Of a stretch of DNA of 64,000 nt, positions 39,290 through 48,120 are shown piece after piece. The stretch spans positions 1,342 through 65,341 of the forward strand of contig CAUWJG010000008.1 in NCBI GenBank assembly GCA_963559095.1, given 5' to 3'. The notes under the pieces are model-generated. The model saw only the letters and a list, made by a program, of their open reading frames with translations. It made no database searches and had not been told where the DNA came from. Within the stretch, counting starts at the first letter, position 1. The number at the start of each line of letters is the position of its first letter. The position numbers and the translations under genes were made by a program. The DNA is from an uncultured Collinsella sp. GTDB taxonomy: Bacteria; Actinomycetota; Coriobacteriia; Coriobacteriales; Coriobacteriaceae.

Positions 39290-39970
39290 ATGTCCGTGCG
39301 CGCAAAAACAACGTTCGTGCAGAGGTTGAAGAGCCAGTTTTCCACGAAATCGCTCGTGTTGATTCCCATTGCGGTGGGCATCAACCTGATCGGCGGAACG
39401 CTGTGCTCGGTTCTCAAGCTGCCGCTGTTCCTGGATACGATCGGCACGCTGGTGGTTGCCTGCTTGTCAGGACCGTGGGTTGCGGCGCTCACCGGCCTTT
39501 TGACCAACGTCTTTTTGGCGATCGTGGCAAATCCGGTCAACTTCCCCTATGCCATCGTGAGCGTTTTGGTTGGCCTGACGGCCGGCTATATGGCCCGCGC
39601 CGGGTTCTTCAACAAGCGCTGGGGCATCGTGGCCGTTTGGATTGCCATCACGCTGGTGAACGCCATGTCGGCGGCGCTCATCACGTCGTTTGTCTTTGGC
39701 GGCGCCACGGGCATCAACGGCACCTCGGTCCTCACCGCGGCGTTGGTGGTTGCCCTGCAAGACGTTCTGCTCTCGGTGTTCTCCTCGGCGATTTTCGAGA
39801 ACCTGATCGATAAGGGCATCTCGGTGCTGATCGCCTACGCCATTTGGCGCAAGATCCCGCAGCGCCTGGCGAGCCAGTGCGCAAATGCCCGCATGAGCGA
39901 GCCGGATGACGACGACATCGACGATGTGGACGACGACATCGACGATGAGGATGAGGACGAGGACTGGTAA
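39290..39970 (+). CDS. ECF transporter S component (QrtT-like) with an acidic C-terminal tail
   Basis: LVLIPIAVGIN, LKLPLFLDTIGT, GP..A.LTGLLTN, FGG.TG, NLIDK; followed by ECF T and A genes. Confidence 0.8.
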   Translation: MSVRAKTTFVQRLKSQFSTKSLVLIPIAVGINLIGGTLCSVLKLPLFLDTIGTLVVACLSGPWVAALTGLLTNVFLAIVANPVNFPYAIVSVLVGLTAGYMARAGFFNKRWGIVAVWIAITLVNAMSAALITSFVFGGATGINGTSVLTAALVVALQDVLLSVFSSAIFENLIDKGISVLIAYAIWRKIPQRLASQCANARMSEPDDDDIDDVDDDIDDEDEDEDW

Positions 39971-40081
39971 ATCGTCCGCTCGCATCGGAGCAAAGACGTG
40001 GGCGTTTCTGCCGCAGGGGCGGATGCGCGCCGGGTAGTTGTGGACGTATGCCTGAAATACCGCAAGAGAAGGGAGTGAGGG

Positions 40082-40882
40082 GTGTCGGAGCACTATATCG
40101 CAGCATCTGACGGACGCGACGCGTGGCTGGTGTCCTTAAACCCCGCCACGAAGTTGGCGAGCGTTTTGGTGCTTGGTTTGGCATCGATGGTGTTTCCCAA
40201 TCCTTTGCTTGGGGCCGCCCTGGTGCTCGCGCTGTTCGCGGTTGCCGCTCGCTCGGGGTACCTTGCCCCATTCGCCAAGCTCATGGTTGGGTTCGGCGTT
40301 CCCGTGACGCTGATGCTCGTGCTGATCCAGGGGTGCTACAGCCCGCAGAACGAGACGTTCATCGCGGATCTCGGCTTTGCGCGCCTGGGGCTCGAGGGCG
40401 TGCTGTATGCGCTTTCGACCGTGGTGACGCTCCTGACGTTCCTGGGCGGCTTTTACCTGATGAACCGCACGACGTACACGGGCGAGCTCGTGGCCGACCT
40501 CGTTGAGCGCGGGCTGCCGCCCAAGGCCGGTTACCTGGTGTTGGCGAGCCTGAACGTGGTGCCGCAGATGAAGCGCCGCATGGCCACCATTCAAGAGGCG
40601 CAGGTTGCGCGCGGCCTCGACATGGGCGGCGGCATCATCTCGCGCATGCGCGCGACCGTGCCGCTGCTCGGTCCCGTGGTCATGTCATCGCTTGCCGATG
40701 CCGAGGAGCGCTCGATGACGCTCGAGACGCACGGTTTTCACCTGAGCGGTCGTCCCCATACGAGCTATGTGGTCGTTCGTCGGTCCTCGTCCGACAAGCC
40801 GTTCATGACGGTGTGCGGCTGTGTGCTGCTCATGTCCGTGGTCGCTCGCGCTGCCGTGGCGTTCGGTTTGTTGCCGCTTTAG
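40082..40882 (+). CDS. ECF transporter transmembrane T component
   Basis: LNPATKL, IQEAQVARG, ERSMTLETHGF. Confidence 0.88.
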   Translation: MSEHYIAASDGRDAWLVSLNPATKLASVLVLGLASMVFPNPLLGAALVLALFAVAARSGYLAPFAKLMVGFGVPVTLMLVLIQGCYSPQNETFIADLGFARLGLEGVLYALSTVVTLLTFLGGFYLMNRTTYTGELVADLVERGLPPKAGYLVLASLNVVPQMKRRMATIQEAQVARGLDMGGGIISRMRATVPLLGPVVMSSLADAEERSMTLETHGFHLSGRPHTSYVVVRRSSSDKPFMTVCGCVLLMSVVARAAVAFGLLPL

Positions 40883-40897
40883 AGAGGGGTGGATGCT

Positions 40898-41749
40898 ATG
40901 GAGCCTATCATCAAGCTGGATGATTTTTCGTTCAAGTATCGCGATGCCAAGCATTATGCCCTGCGTCATGTGACGTTTGAGGTTCCCGAGGGCGGCTTTT
41001 TGTGCGTGATCGGCCCCAATGGGTCGGGCAAGTCAACGCTGTGCAATGCCCTGGTCGGGCTGATTCCGCACCACTTTAGCGGCAAGTATCGCGGCAGCGT
41101 GCAGGTGCTGGGCGGAGAGGTTTCGCAGAAGTCCATCGCGGACGTGTCCTGCGATGTGGGCTTTGTGTTCCAAAATCCGTTTAACCAGCTGTCCTATACC
41201 GCCGGAACCGTGGCGGAGGAGCTGGCGTACGGCCTGGGAAATCGCGGGATTCCCCGGGACGAGATGGTGCGCCGCATCGAGCAGATAGCCGGCCCGCTCC
41301 ATTTGGAGGACGTGCTCGACCGCAACCCGCTTGAGCTGTCCGGCGGGCAGGTGCAGCGCGTCGCCCTGGGTTCGACGCTCATCCTGAACCCGCGCGTGCT
41401 CGTGCTCGATGAATGCACCACGCAGCTCGACCCGTTGGGCAGCGAGGAGATTTTCGACATCGTCAAGCAGCTGAACGCCGACGGCATGACGGTCATCATG
41501 GTCGATCACGACATGGAGCGCGTGGCGCGCTGCGCCGATCAGGTCTTGGTGCTTCGCCGTGGCAATCAGATCGCATGCGGTACGCCGGACGAGGTGTTTG
41601 ACAACCCCGAGCTTGAGGGCCTGAGCATCGATATTCCCGAATACGTGCGCATCTCGCGCGCGTTGCGGCGCGAGGGGCTGGCCGATGGGCCGTTGACCCT
41701 GACCGAGGACGCATGTGTTGAGCGCGTGAGGGAGGCGATGGCATCGTGA
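40898..41749 (+). CDS. ECF transporter ATPase
   Basis: GPNGSGKST, FQNP, LSGGQ, LDE..TQLDP. Confidence 0.92.
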   Translation: MEPIIKLDDFSFKYRDAKHYALRHVTFEVPEGGFLCVIGPNGSGKSTLCNALVGLIPHHFSGKYRGSVQVLGGEVSQKSIADVSCDVGFVFQNPFNQLSYTAGTVAEELAYGLGNRGIPRDEMVRRIEQIAGPLHLEDVLDRNPLELSGGQVQRVALGSTLILNPRVLVLDECTTQLDPLGSEEIFDIVKQLNADGMTVIMVDHDMERVARCADQVLVLRRGNQIACGTPDEVFDNPELEGLSIDIPEYVRISRALRREGLADGPLTLTEDACVERVREAMAS

Positions 41750-42555
41750 AGATCGAGGTGAAGGATCTGGTCTTTGAGTACGCGTCCGGCAGGCGCGCGC
41801 TCGACGGCGTGAGCTTGACGCTCGATGGGACGGAGCCCGTGGCGATTATCGGGCAGAATGGCGCCGGCAAGACAACGCTGGTCAAGCACCTGGATGGCAT
41901 TTTGCAGCCAACGTCGGGCAAGGTGCTGCTCGACGGCGTGGATGTTGCCAGTCGCACCTGCGCGCAGTGGGCGGCTCATGTTGGGTACGTGTTCCAAAAC
42001 CCCGACAACCAGCTGTTTTTGGAGAGCGTTCGCCATGAGCTCGAGTTTGGTCCCAGACAGCTGGGCGTGCCCGAGGCCGAGATCGCCTCGCGCGTGGAGG
42101 AGGTCGCCAAGCTGGTTGGCTTGAGGCGCAAGCTCGACGTCAGCCCGGCCGACCTGACACCCGCCCAGAAGAAGTTCTGCGCCATCGGCTCGGTGCTGAC
42201 CATGCGGCCGGATGTGGTGATTTTCGATGAGCCCACGTGCGGTCAGGACGTGCGCGGCAACGCGCGCCTTGAGCGCATCATCGCGTCGCTGCGCGAAGTT
42301 GGGCGCCTGTGCATCACCATTTCGCATGACGTGAAGTTCGTGTGCCGTTGCTTTGAGCGCGTGGTCGTGATGTGCCACGGCAAGGTGCTGGTCGATGGGT
42401 CCGTCGAAGAGGTGTTCTCGCAGCCGGATGTGCTCAAGCAATCCTATGTCATCCCCGCTCCTGTGACGCGCGTCGCGTCCCAGGCAGGTTTGAAGCAAGC
42501 AGTGTTCGATGTCGACGCTCTCGTCGAGGGCGTCAAAGCGGAAAGGAGCTCATAG
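41746..42555 (+). CDS. ECF transporter ATPase (second)
   Basis: GQNGAGKTT, FQNPDNQ, degenerate signature LTPAQ, FDEPT.GQD; 4-bp overlap with the previous gene. Confidence 0.92.
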   Translation: MKIEVKDLVFEYASGRRALDGVSLTLDGTEPVAIIGQNGAGKTTLVKHLDGILQPTSGKVLLDGVDVASRTCAQWAAHVGYVFQNPDNQLFLESVRHELEFGPRQLGVPEAEIASRVEEVAKLVGLRRKLDVSPADLTPAQKKFCAIGSVLTMRPDVVIFDEPTCGQDVRGNARLERIIASLREVGRLCITISHDVKFVCRCFERVVVMCHGKVLVDGSVEEVFSQPDVLKQSYVIPAPVTRVASQAGLKQAVFDVDALVEGVKAERSS

Positions 42556-43257
42556 ATGAGCGACGTGGTTGTTCAGATTTACGGTATTCGCACGGTTGAG
42601 GATGCGCGGATGGTCGTGGGCCACGGCGCGCTGCACATCGGCGTTTCGTATGGTCACATCAATCACACCCCCGGTCAGCTGACCTGCGAGCAGGCCAAGG
42701 AGATTTTCGAGGGCGTGCAGCCCGAGGCGGTCCGCGTGGGACTTACCTGCTCCACCGATATCGATGAGATCTCGGAGGACCTGCGCGCCGCCATGCCCGA
42801 TGTCCTGCATCTTTCCGGTGACATCGACGGCATCTCGCCCGAGCAGGTCGCCGAGCTCAAGAGCCGCTTCCCCGAGCTCAAGATCATGCAGGCGATCCCG
42901 GTGCTTGCGGGCGTGCCCCTCGAGGAGCAGAAGGTGCTCGAGTACGTTCGCGCCTACGAGCCCGTGTCCGATTACTTCCTGATCGACACGAAGGCCCCCT
43001 CGGCCGGCGACATCGGCGCCACCGGTCTGACCCACGACCGCGCCATCGACCGCGCCATCATCGAGGCGACCGACGTGCACTGCATCATCGCGGGCGGCCT
43101 GGACGAGCACAACGTTGCCAAGGCCATTCACGAGACGCATCCGTATGGTGTCGATTCCTACACGCACACCAACTACGATGACGAGCGCGCCAACACCTTG
43201 CGCTGCAAGGACGAGGCCAAGGTGATTGCCTTTACCAAGGCGGCCAAGGATGCCTAA
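42556..43257 (+). CDS. TrpF (phosphoribosylanthranilate isomerase)-fold protein, probably of different function
   Basis: QIYGIRTVEDA (canonical KICG), LIDT, GATG.THD, IAGGL..NV..AI..THPYGVDS; no other trp genes nearby. Confidence 0.8.
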   Translation: MSDVVVQIYGIRTVEDARMVVGHGALHIGVSYGHINHTPGQLTCEQAKEIFEGVQPEAVRVGLTCSTDIDEISEDLRAAMPDVLHLSGDIDGISPEQVAELKSRFPELKIMQAIPVLAGVPLEEQKVLEYVRAYEPVSDYFLIDTKAPSAGDIGATGLTHDRAIDRAIIEATDVHCIIAGGLDEHNVAKAIHETHPYGVDSYTHTNYDDERANTLRCKDEAKVIAFTKAAKDA

Positions 43258-44203
43258 AGTCGTTATCGCAGGAGACGCCAACGTCGATATCGTTGTGCAG
43301 TTTCCCCGCGTGCATGCCGGGGAACATGGGGCCACGATTTGGCCGAATCCCGAGGTCGTCGGCGGCGGGACGTCGTCGAATACGGCCGCCGCTGCCGCCA
43401 AGCTCGGGCTTGACGTGAGCTTTGTGGGCACCGTGGGCGATGATCCGTACGGGAAGTACGCCGCCCAAGACCTCGAGGCGTGCGGCGTGGATGTGTCCGG
43501 TTTGGTGCGTGACCCTGAGCTCAACACCGTCGGCGTGTTCGCCTTTGTGGACGAGCAGGGGGAGCGCTATCTCTGGGCCTGGCCGCGCGAGCGCCGCTCC
43601 TTCAAGGTGATCCACGAGGACCGCGTTGATTTTGAGGCGCTGCGCCAGGCCGATTGGTTCCATTCTTCGGGGATGTCGCTCGTGTACGACACCTCGGCCC
43701 GCTCCGCGATCGCGCGGATGTATCGCGAGGCGCATGCGGCCGGTGTCCCGACATCGCTCGACCTCAACCTGCGCGTCGACGACGGCGTGCTCGACCCCGA
43801 TTTCGCCCGTGCGCTCGAGGCGATCATGCCCGACGTGGACTACCTGCTTGGCTCCGGTCCGGATGAGTTCGCGTATCTGGGCGATGGCACCTGGCGCGAG
43901 AACGCCCAGGCACTCGCCGTGGGCGGTCGCGTGGTGGTCGTGCGCGATGGCGCCAATGGGTCGATTGCCCTTGCGGATGGCGAGGTGTTCGAGGCCCCGG
44001 CCTTTACGGTCGAGGTGGAGGACACCATCGGCGCGGGGGACGTCTATAACGCCGGCTTCATCTGCGCCATGCTCGCCAATAGGCCGCTTGCGTCGGCGCT
44101 GATCTGTGGCAACGCCGTTTCGGGGTACACCGTGGCGCGGCAGGGCGCTCGCAACACGCCGACTGCCGAGCAGCTCGTGTCATTCATCGATTCGTACAAC
44201 TAG
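43250..44203 (+). CDS. PfkB-family carbohydrate kinase
   Basis: GGTSSNTA, GTVGDDPYG, DLNLR, DTIGAGDVYNAGF. Confidence 0.9.
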   Translation: MPKVVIAGDANVDIVVQFPRVHAGEHGATIWPNPEVVGGGTSSNTAAAAAKLGLDVSFVGTVGDDPYGKYAAQDLEACGVDVSGLVRDPELNTVGVFAFVDEQGERYLWAWPRERRSFKVIHEDRVDFEALRQADWFHSSGMSLVYDTSARSAIARMYREAHAAGVPTSLDLNLRVDDGVLDPDFARALEAIMPDVDYLLGSGPDEFAYLGDGTWRENAQALAVGGRVVVVRDGANGSIALADGEVFEAPAFTVEVEDTIGAGDVYNAGFICAMLANRPLASALICGNAVSGYTVARQGARNTPTAEQLVSFIDSYN

Positions 44204-44219
44204 GGAGAAAGGTTGCATC

Positions 44220-45200
44220 ATGGAGAAAAAGAAGGTCATTCTGGACTGCGATCCTGGTCATGACGACGCGTTTGGCATCATGCTCGCCGTGCAGCACCTC
44301 GACGTGCTCGGCATCACGACGCTCGGCGGCAACTGCACGCTCGAGAATGTGACCCGCAATGCCATCAAGACCCTTGAGGTGCTCGGCGCCGCCGATGAGA
44401 TCGGCGTGTACCCGGGTCACAGCTGCCCGCTGGCCGTTCCGCTGGTGACCGCCCCGCAGTTCCATGGCGAGACGGGCCTCGATGGCCCGGTGCTGCCTGA
44501 GCCGACGCACGCCCCGCGCAGCCAGCACGCAGTTGACTTCATTGTCGACACCGTGATGGCAAACGATGACGTGACGATCATCGCCACCGGCCCGCTGACC
44601 AACATCGCCGCCGCGCTGAACCGCGAGCCGGCCATTGCCGAGCGCGTGAGCGAGATCTGCATCATGGGCGGCTCTGTGACCTTTGGCAATTGGACGCCTG
44701 CTGCCGAGTTCAACATTTTCGTTGACCCGGAGGCCGCGTATCGCGTGTTCAACTGCGGTGCCCATGTCAAGATGACGGGTATCAACCTTACGCGCCAGTG
44801 CTGCATCGGTATCCCCCACATGGAGAAGTTCCGTGAGATCGGAACCAAGGCGGCCAACTTCGCTGCCGACCTCACGGACTTTTTCATTCAGCAGGACATC
44901 GCCCTGGGCGAGCCCCCGATCGCTTGCATGCACGACGCGTGCGCGGTTGCGTGGATCATCGACCCCTCGCTCATCACGGCTGCGCCCATGCATATCGACG
45001 TGGAGCTCACCGGTACGCTCACGCGCGGCATGACGGTGTGCGATTATCGTCACCTGCGCGGCGTTGATCCCAAGGTGGACATCGAGCGCGACCCGCAGAT
45101 GACGCTGCGTGGCGAGGGCACGAACGCCGAGGGTGCGCTTGAGCTCGATTTCGATCGCTTCATGGACCTGCTGTACACGACGCTGGGGAACTACGCCTAA
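44220..45200 (+). CDS. Nucleoside hydrolase (IUNH/Rih family)
   Basis: DCDPGHDD, HGETGL, TGPLTN, MGG..GN.TPAAEFNI..DPEAA, HDA. Confidence 0.93.
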   Translation: MEKKKVILDCDPGHDDAFGIMLAVQHLDVLGITTLGGNCTLENVTRNAIKTLEVLGAADEIGVYPGHSCPLAVPLVTAPQFHGETGLDGPVLPEPTHAPRSQHAVDFIVDTVMANDDVTIIATGPLTNIAAALNREPAIAERVSEICIMGGSVTFGNWTPAAEFNIFVDPEAAYRVFNCGAHVKMTGINLTRQCCIGIPHMEKFREIGTKAANFAADLTDFFIQQDIALGEPPIACMHDACAVAWIIDPSLITAAPMHIDVELTGTLTRGMTVCDYRHLRGVDPKVDIERDPQMTLRGEGTNAEGALELDFDRFMDLLYTTLGNYA

Positions 45201-45898
45201 TGGCGGTTTCGCACGACCCGATACAGCCCGATGCCCCGTACGCGATGGTGCTGTGGGATTTTGACGGAACGCTGGCGAGCACGAGCGGCGATGTGTGGGG
45301 CTCCCTCAACTATGCCGCTCAGAAGCGCCACCGCAGCTTTCCGTTTGGATTTGAGGATGACGACGAGCACCTGGCGTGGCCGATGGCGGCGCTGTTTGCG
45401 AGCCTGGTGCCCGCCCCCGATCCGGCTGACCTCGCGGATTTCGAGCGCGATGTTCGGGTGCATTACCGCTCGATCAGCATGCACCCGTGCACGGACCTGT
45501 ATCCCGGGATACGCGCGTTGCTCGAGGAGCTGCATGCTCGTGGCGTGGCCAATCGCATCGCCACGAACAAGCCGAAGGGGGCGCTCGAGCGCTTGCTCGC
45601 CCTCAAAGGCTGGTCCGCTCTCTTTGATGGGTGGATCTGCAGCGATTCCGGGCCCGATGGCCAAGAGCTCACGAAGGCCCAGATGGTCCGGGCGTCCATG
45701 GAACAGCAGGGGGTCGATCCCGAACGGTGCGTGATGATCGGTGATTCGTGGGGCGACATCGCCGGCGCCCATGCGGCGGGTATCGCGAGCATCGGGGTGA
45801 CGTATGGCGATGGCTGTGCCGAGCGCCTGGCGGCTGAGAAGCCCGATCACGTTGTGGATGCGCCGGGCGGGTTGAGGAAACTATTGTTGGGAGATTGA
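45200..45898 (+). CDS. HAD-family phosphatase (Gph-like)
   Basis: WDFDGTL, ATNK, MIGDS..DI..AHAAG. Confidence 0.88.
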   Translation: MAVSHDPIQPDAPYAMVLWDFDGTLASTSGDVWGSLNYAAQKRHRSFPFGFEDDDEHLAWPMAALFASLVPAPDPADLADFERDVRVHYRSISMHPCTDLYPGIRALLEELHARGVANRIATNKPKGALERLLALKGWSALFDGWICSDSGPDGQELTKAQMVRASMEQQGVDPERCVMIGDSWGDIAGAHAAGIASIGVTYGDGCAERLAAEKPDHVVDAPGGLRKLLLGD

Positions 45899-45902
45899 GG
45901 GA

Positions 45903-47108
45903 ATGCTCAACGACTTTGATATTCAGATCGGCACGCGCTTCGTGTTCGGGCGAGGCAGCGAGCGTGCCTGCGGTCGGGAGGTGCGCGCACTTGGGGCATC
46001 CAAGGTGCTGCTGCACTACGACGGCGGCGACTATCTCGAGGCGAGCGGCCTGCTCGATGTGCTGCGCACCAGTTTGCGCGAGGCGGGCGTGGAGTTCATC
46101 GAGCTGGGCGGCGTCCAGCCGAATCCGCGTCTCGAGCTGGTGTACGAGGGCATTTCGCTGTGCCGCGAGCACGGCGTCGAGGCCGTGGTGGCCGTCGGCG
46201 GCGGCAGCGCCATCGACTCCGCCAAGGCGATCGGCCTTGGCGCGGCGATCGATGGGGACGTGTGGGACCTGTTCTTGGGCAAAGCCGAGCCGACGGCGAC
46301 GCTGCCCGTGGTCGCGGTGCTCACCTGCCCGGCCTCGGGTAGCGAGTCGAGCCAGGTCGTTGTGGTGAACAACGAGCGCGAGCACGCCAAGCTGCTGGTG
46401 AGCCATCCTGTGGTGCGCCCCGCCGTCGCCATCATGGACCCGGAGCTCTCGGCAACGCTGCCGGCTCGCCAGACCGCATGCGGCCTGGTGGACATGTTCT
46501 GCCATGTGTGCGAGCGCTATTTCACCGACGACGCCGATTTCGGCGTGCTCGACCGCATGAGCGAGGGCGTGCTGCGCACGATCGTCGAGGTCGGTCCGCA
46601 GTTGATGGAGCATCTGGACGATTACGGCCTGCGCTCGGAGATCATGTGGGTGGCCACGATTGCCCAGAACAACTCGCTGGGTATGGGCCGCAACCAGGAT
46701 TGGTCGACGCACGCGCTCTCCAATGAGCTGAGCGCGCTGTTCGACATCGCGCACGGCGCGACGATCTCGGCCGTCATGGCATCGTGGATGCGCTATGTCC
46801 GCTCGAGCAATCCGGAGCGCTTCGCCCGCTTTGCGCGCGAGGTCTTTGACGTGCGCGACGCGTCGCTCGACGTTGACGCCGCCGGTGTTGCCGGCATCGA
46901 CGCCTGCGAGCAGTTCTTCGCGAGCCTCGGCATGCCGGTGAGCTTGGCGGAGATCGGCGTCGGCGAAGAGGGCATCGAGCCGATGCTCGACAAGATCGAG
47001 TTCTTTGGCGACGACTGCGCGATCGGTTCGGTTCGCCGCTTGAACCGCGATGATTGCGCCGAGATTTTCCGCATGGCGCTGGTCCGCAGGACGGAGGAAG
47101 AAGCCTAA
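45903..47108 (+). CDS. Iron-containing alcohol dehydrogenase (butanol dehydrogenase-like)
   Basis: GVQPNP, AVGGGSAIDSAK, GSES, H..ERY, WSTH, HG motifs. Confidence 0.9.
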   Translation: MLNDFDIQIGTRFVFGRGSERACGREVRALGASKVLLHYDGGDYLEASGLLDVLRTSLREAGVEFIELGGVQPNPRLELVYEGISLCREHGVEAVVAVGGGSAIDSAKAIGLGAAIDGDVWDLFLGKAEPTATLPVVAVLTCPASGSESSQVVVVNNEREHAKLLVSHPVVRPAVAIMDPELSATLPARQTACGLVDMFCHVCERYFTDDADFGVLDRMSEGVLRTIVEVGPQLMEHLDDYGLRSEIMWVATIAQNNSLGMGRNQDWSTHALSNELSALFDIAHGATISAVMASWMRYVRSSNPERFARFAREVFDVRDASLDVDAAGVAGIDACEQFFASLGMPVSLAEIGVGEEGIEPMLDKIEFFGDDCAIGSVRRLNRDDCAEIFRMALVRRTEEEA

Positions 47109-48014
47109 ATGATTATCAACATTGGTTCGCTCAACATTGACTACGTGTACGACGTGGAGTCGTTTGTGCGCAAAGGCCAGACGATCTCCTCGACGGCGCG
47201 CAGCGTGTTTGCGGGCGGCAAGGGCCTGAACCAGTCGATTGCCCTGGGGCGCGCGGGGGCGGATGTCACGCACGCGGGCCTGGTCGGCGATGAGGGTGCG
47301 TTTTTGCGCAACCTGATGCTCGAGTCCGGCGTCGACGTGAGCCGCATTGGAACCGCTGAGGGCCACTCGAGCGGCCACGCGATTATCCAGCGCGACAGCG
47401 AGGGCGATAACTGCATCATCCTACATGGCGGCGCGAACCGGCTGATCGGCGCCGGGCTGATCGACACGACGCTGCTGGCGTTCGAGCCGGGTGATTGGGT
47501 GCTGCTGCAAAACGAGATCAGCTGCGTTTCCAACGCCATCGAGGGCGCCCATGCGCGTGGGATGAAGGTCATCCTGAACCCCTCGCCCGTGAACCAGTCG
47601 CTGCTCGATTGCCCGCTCGACTTGGTCGATTGCTTCATCCTCAACGAGGGCGAGGCTGCGGCGCTGACCGGTCTCGACGGCTCTCCCGACCAGCTCATCG
47701 CGGGCATGTGCGAGCGCTTCCCGCAGGCCGAGATCGTGTTGACGCTCGGTGGGGACGGCTCCTACTACGCACGCCGTGGCGAGGAGCCCGTCTATCAACG
47801 GGCGCTCTCCAAGGAGGTGGTCGACACCACGGCCGCCGGCGATACCTTTACGGGCTACTACCTTGCCGAACGCGTGGCGGGGTCAACGCCGGCCCGCGCG
47901 CTGCTGGTGGCTTCCACCGCGTCGGCCATTGCGGTGTCGCGCGCGGGGGCTGCGCCTTCGATTCCGCTGCGGCGCGAGGTCGACGCGAAGCTCGAGGAGA
48001 TGGGCTGCGCGTAA
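47109..48014 (+). CDS. rbsK: Ribokinase
   Basis: GSLNID, GGKGLNQS, LQNEI, NPSP, NEGE, DTTAAGDTF. Confidence 0.8.
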   Translation: MIINIGSLNIDYVYDVESFVRKGQTISSTARSVFAGGKGLNQSIALGRAGADVTHAGLVGDEGAFLRNLMLESGVDVSRIGTAEGHSSGHAIIQRDSEGDNCIILHGGANRLIGAGLIDTTLLAFEPGDWVLLQNEISCVSNAIEGAHARGMKVILNPSPVNQSLLDCPLDLVDCFILNEGEAAALTGLDGSPDQLIAGMCERFPQAEIVLTLGGDGSYYARRGEEPVYQRALSKEVVDTTAAGDTFTGYYLAERVAGSTPARALLVASTASAIAVSRAGAAPSIPLRREVDAKLEEMGCA

Positions 48015-48120
48015 GAGCGTGTTGCCGCGCGCGGACCGCGCGGTGTATCCATGTGGTTTCATGTGCGGCTGATGCCGCCTGAACATAAGACTTTGCTGGC
48101 AATTGTGAAAGGAGATTTGC

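Noticed and set aside
42556-43257. Tryptophan biosynthesis gene trpF
   Set aside because: The catalytic Cys is absent, no other trp genes are present, and the context is catabolic.
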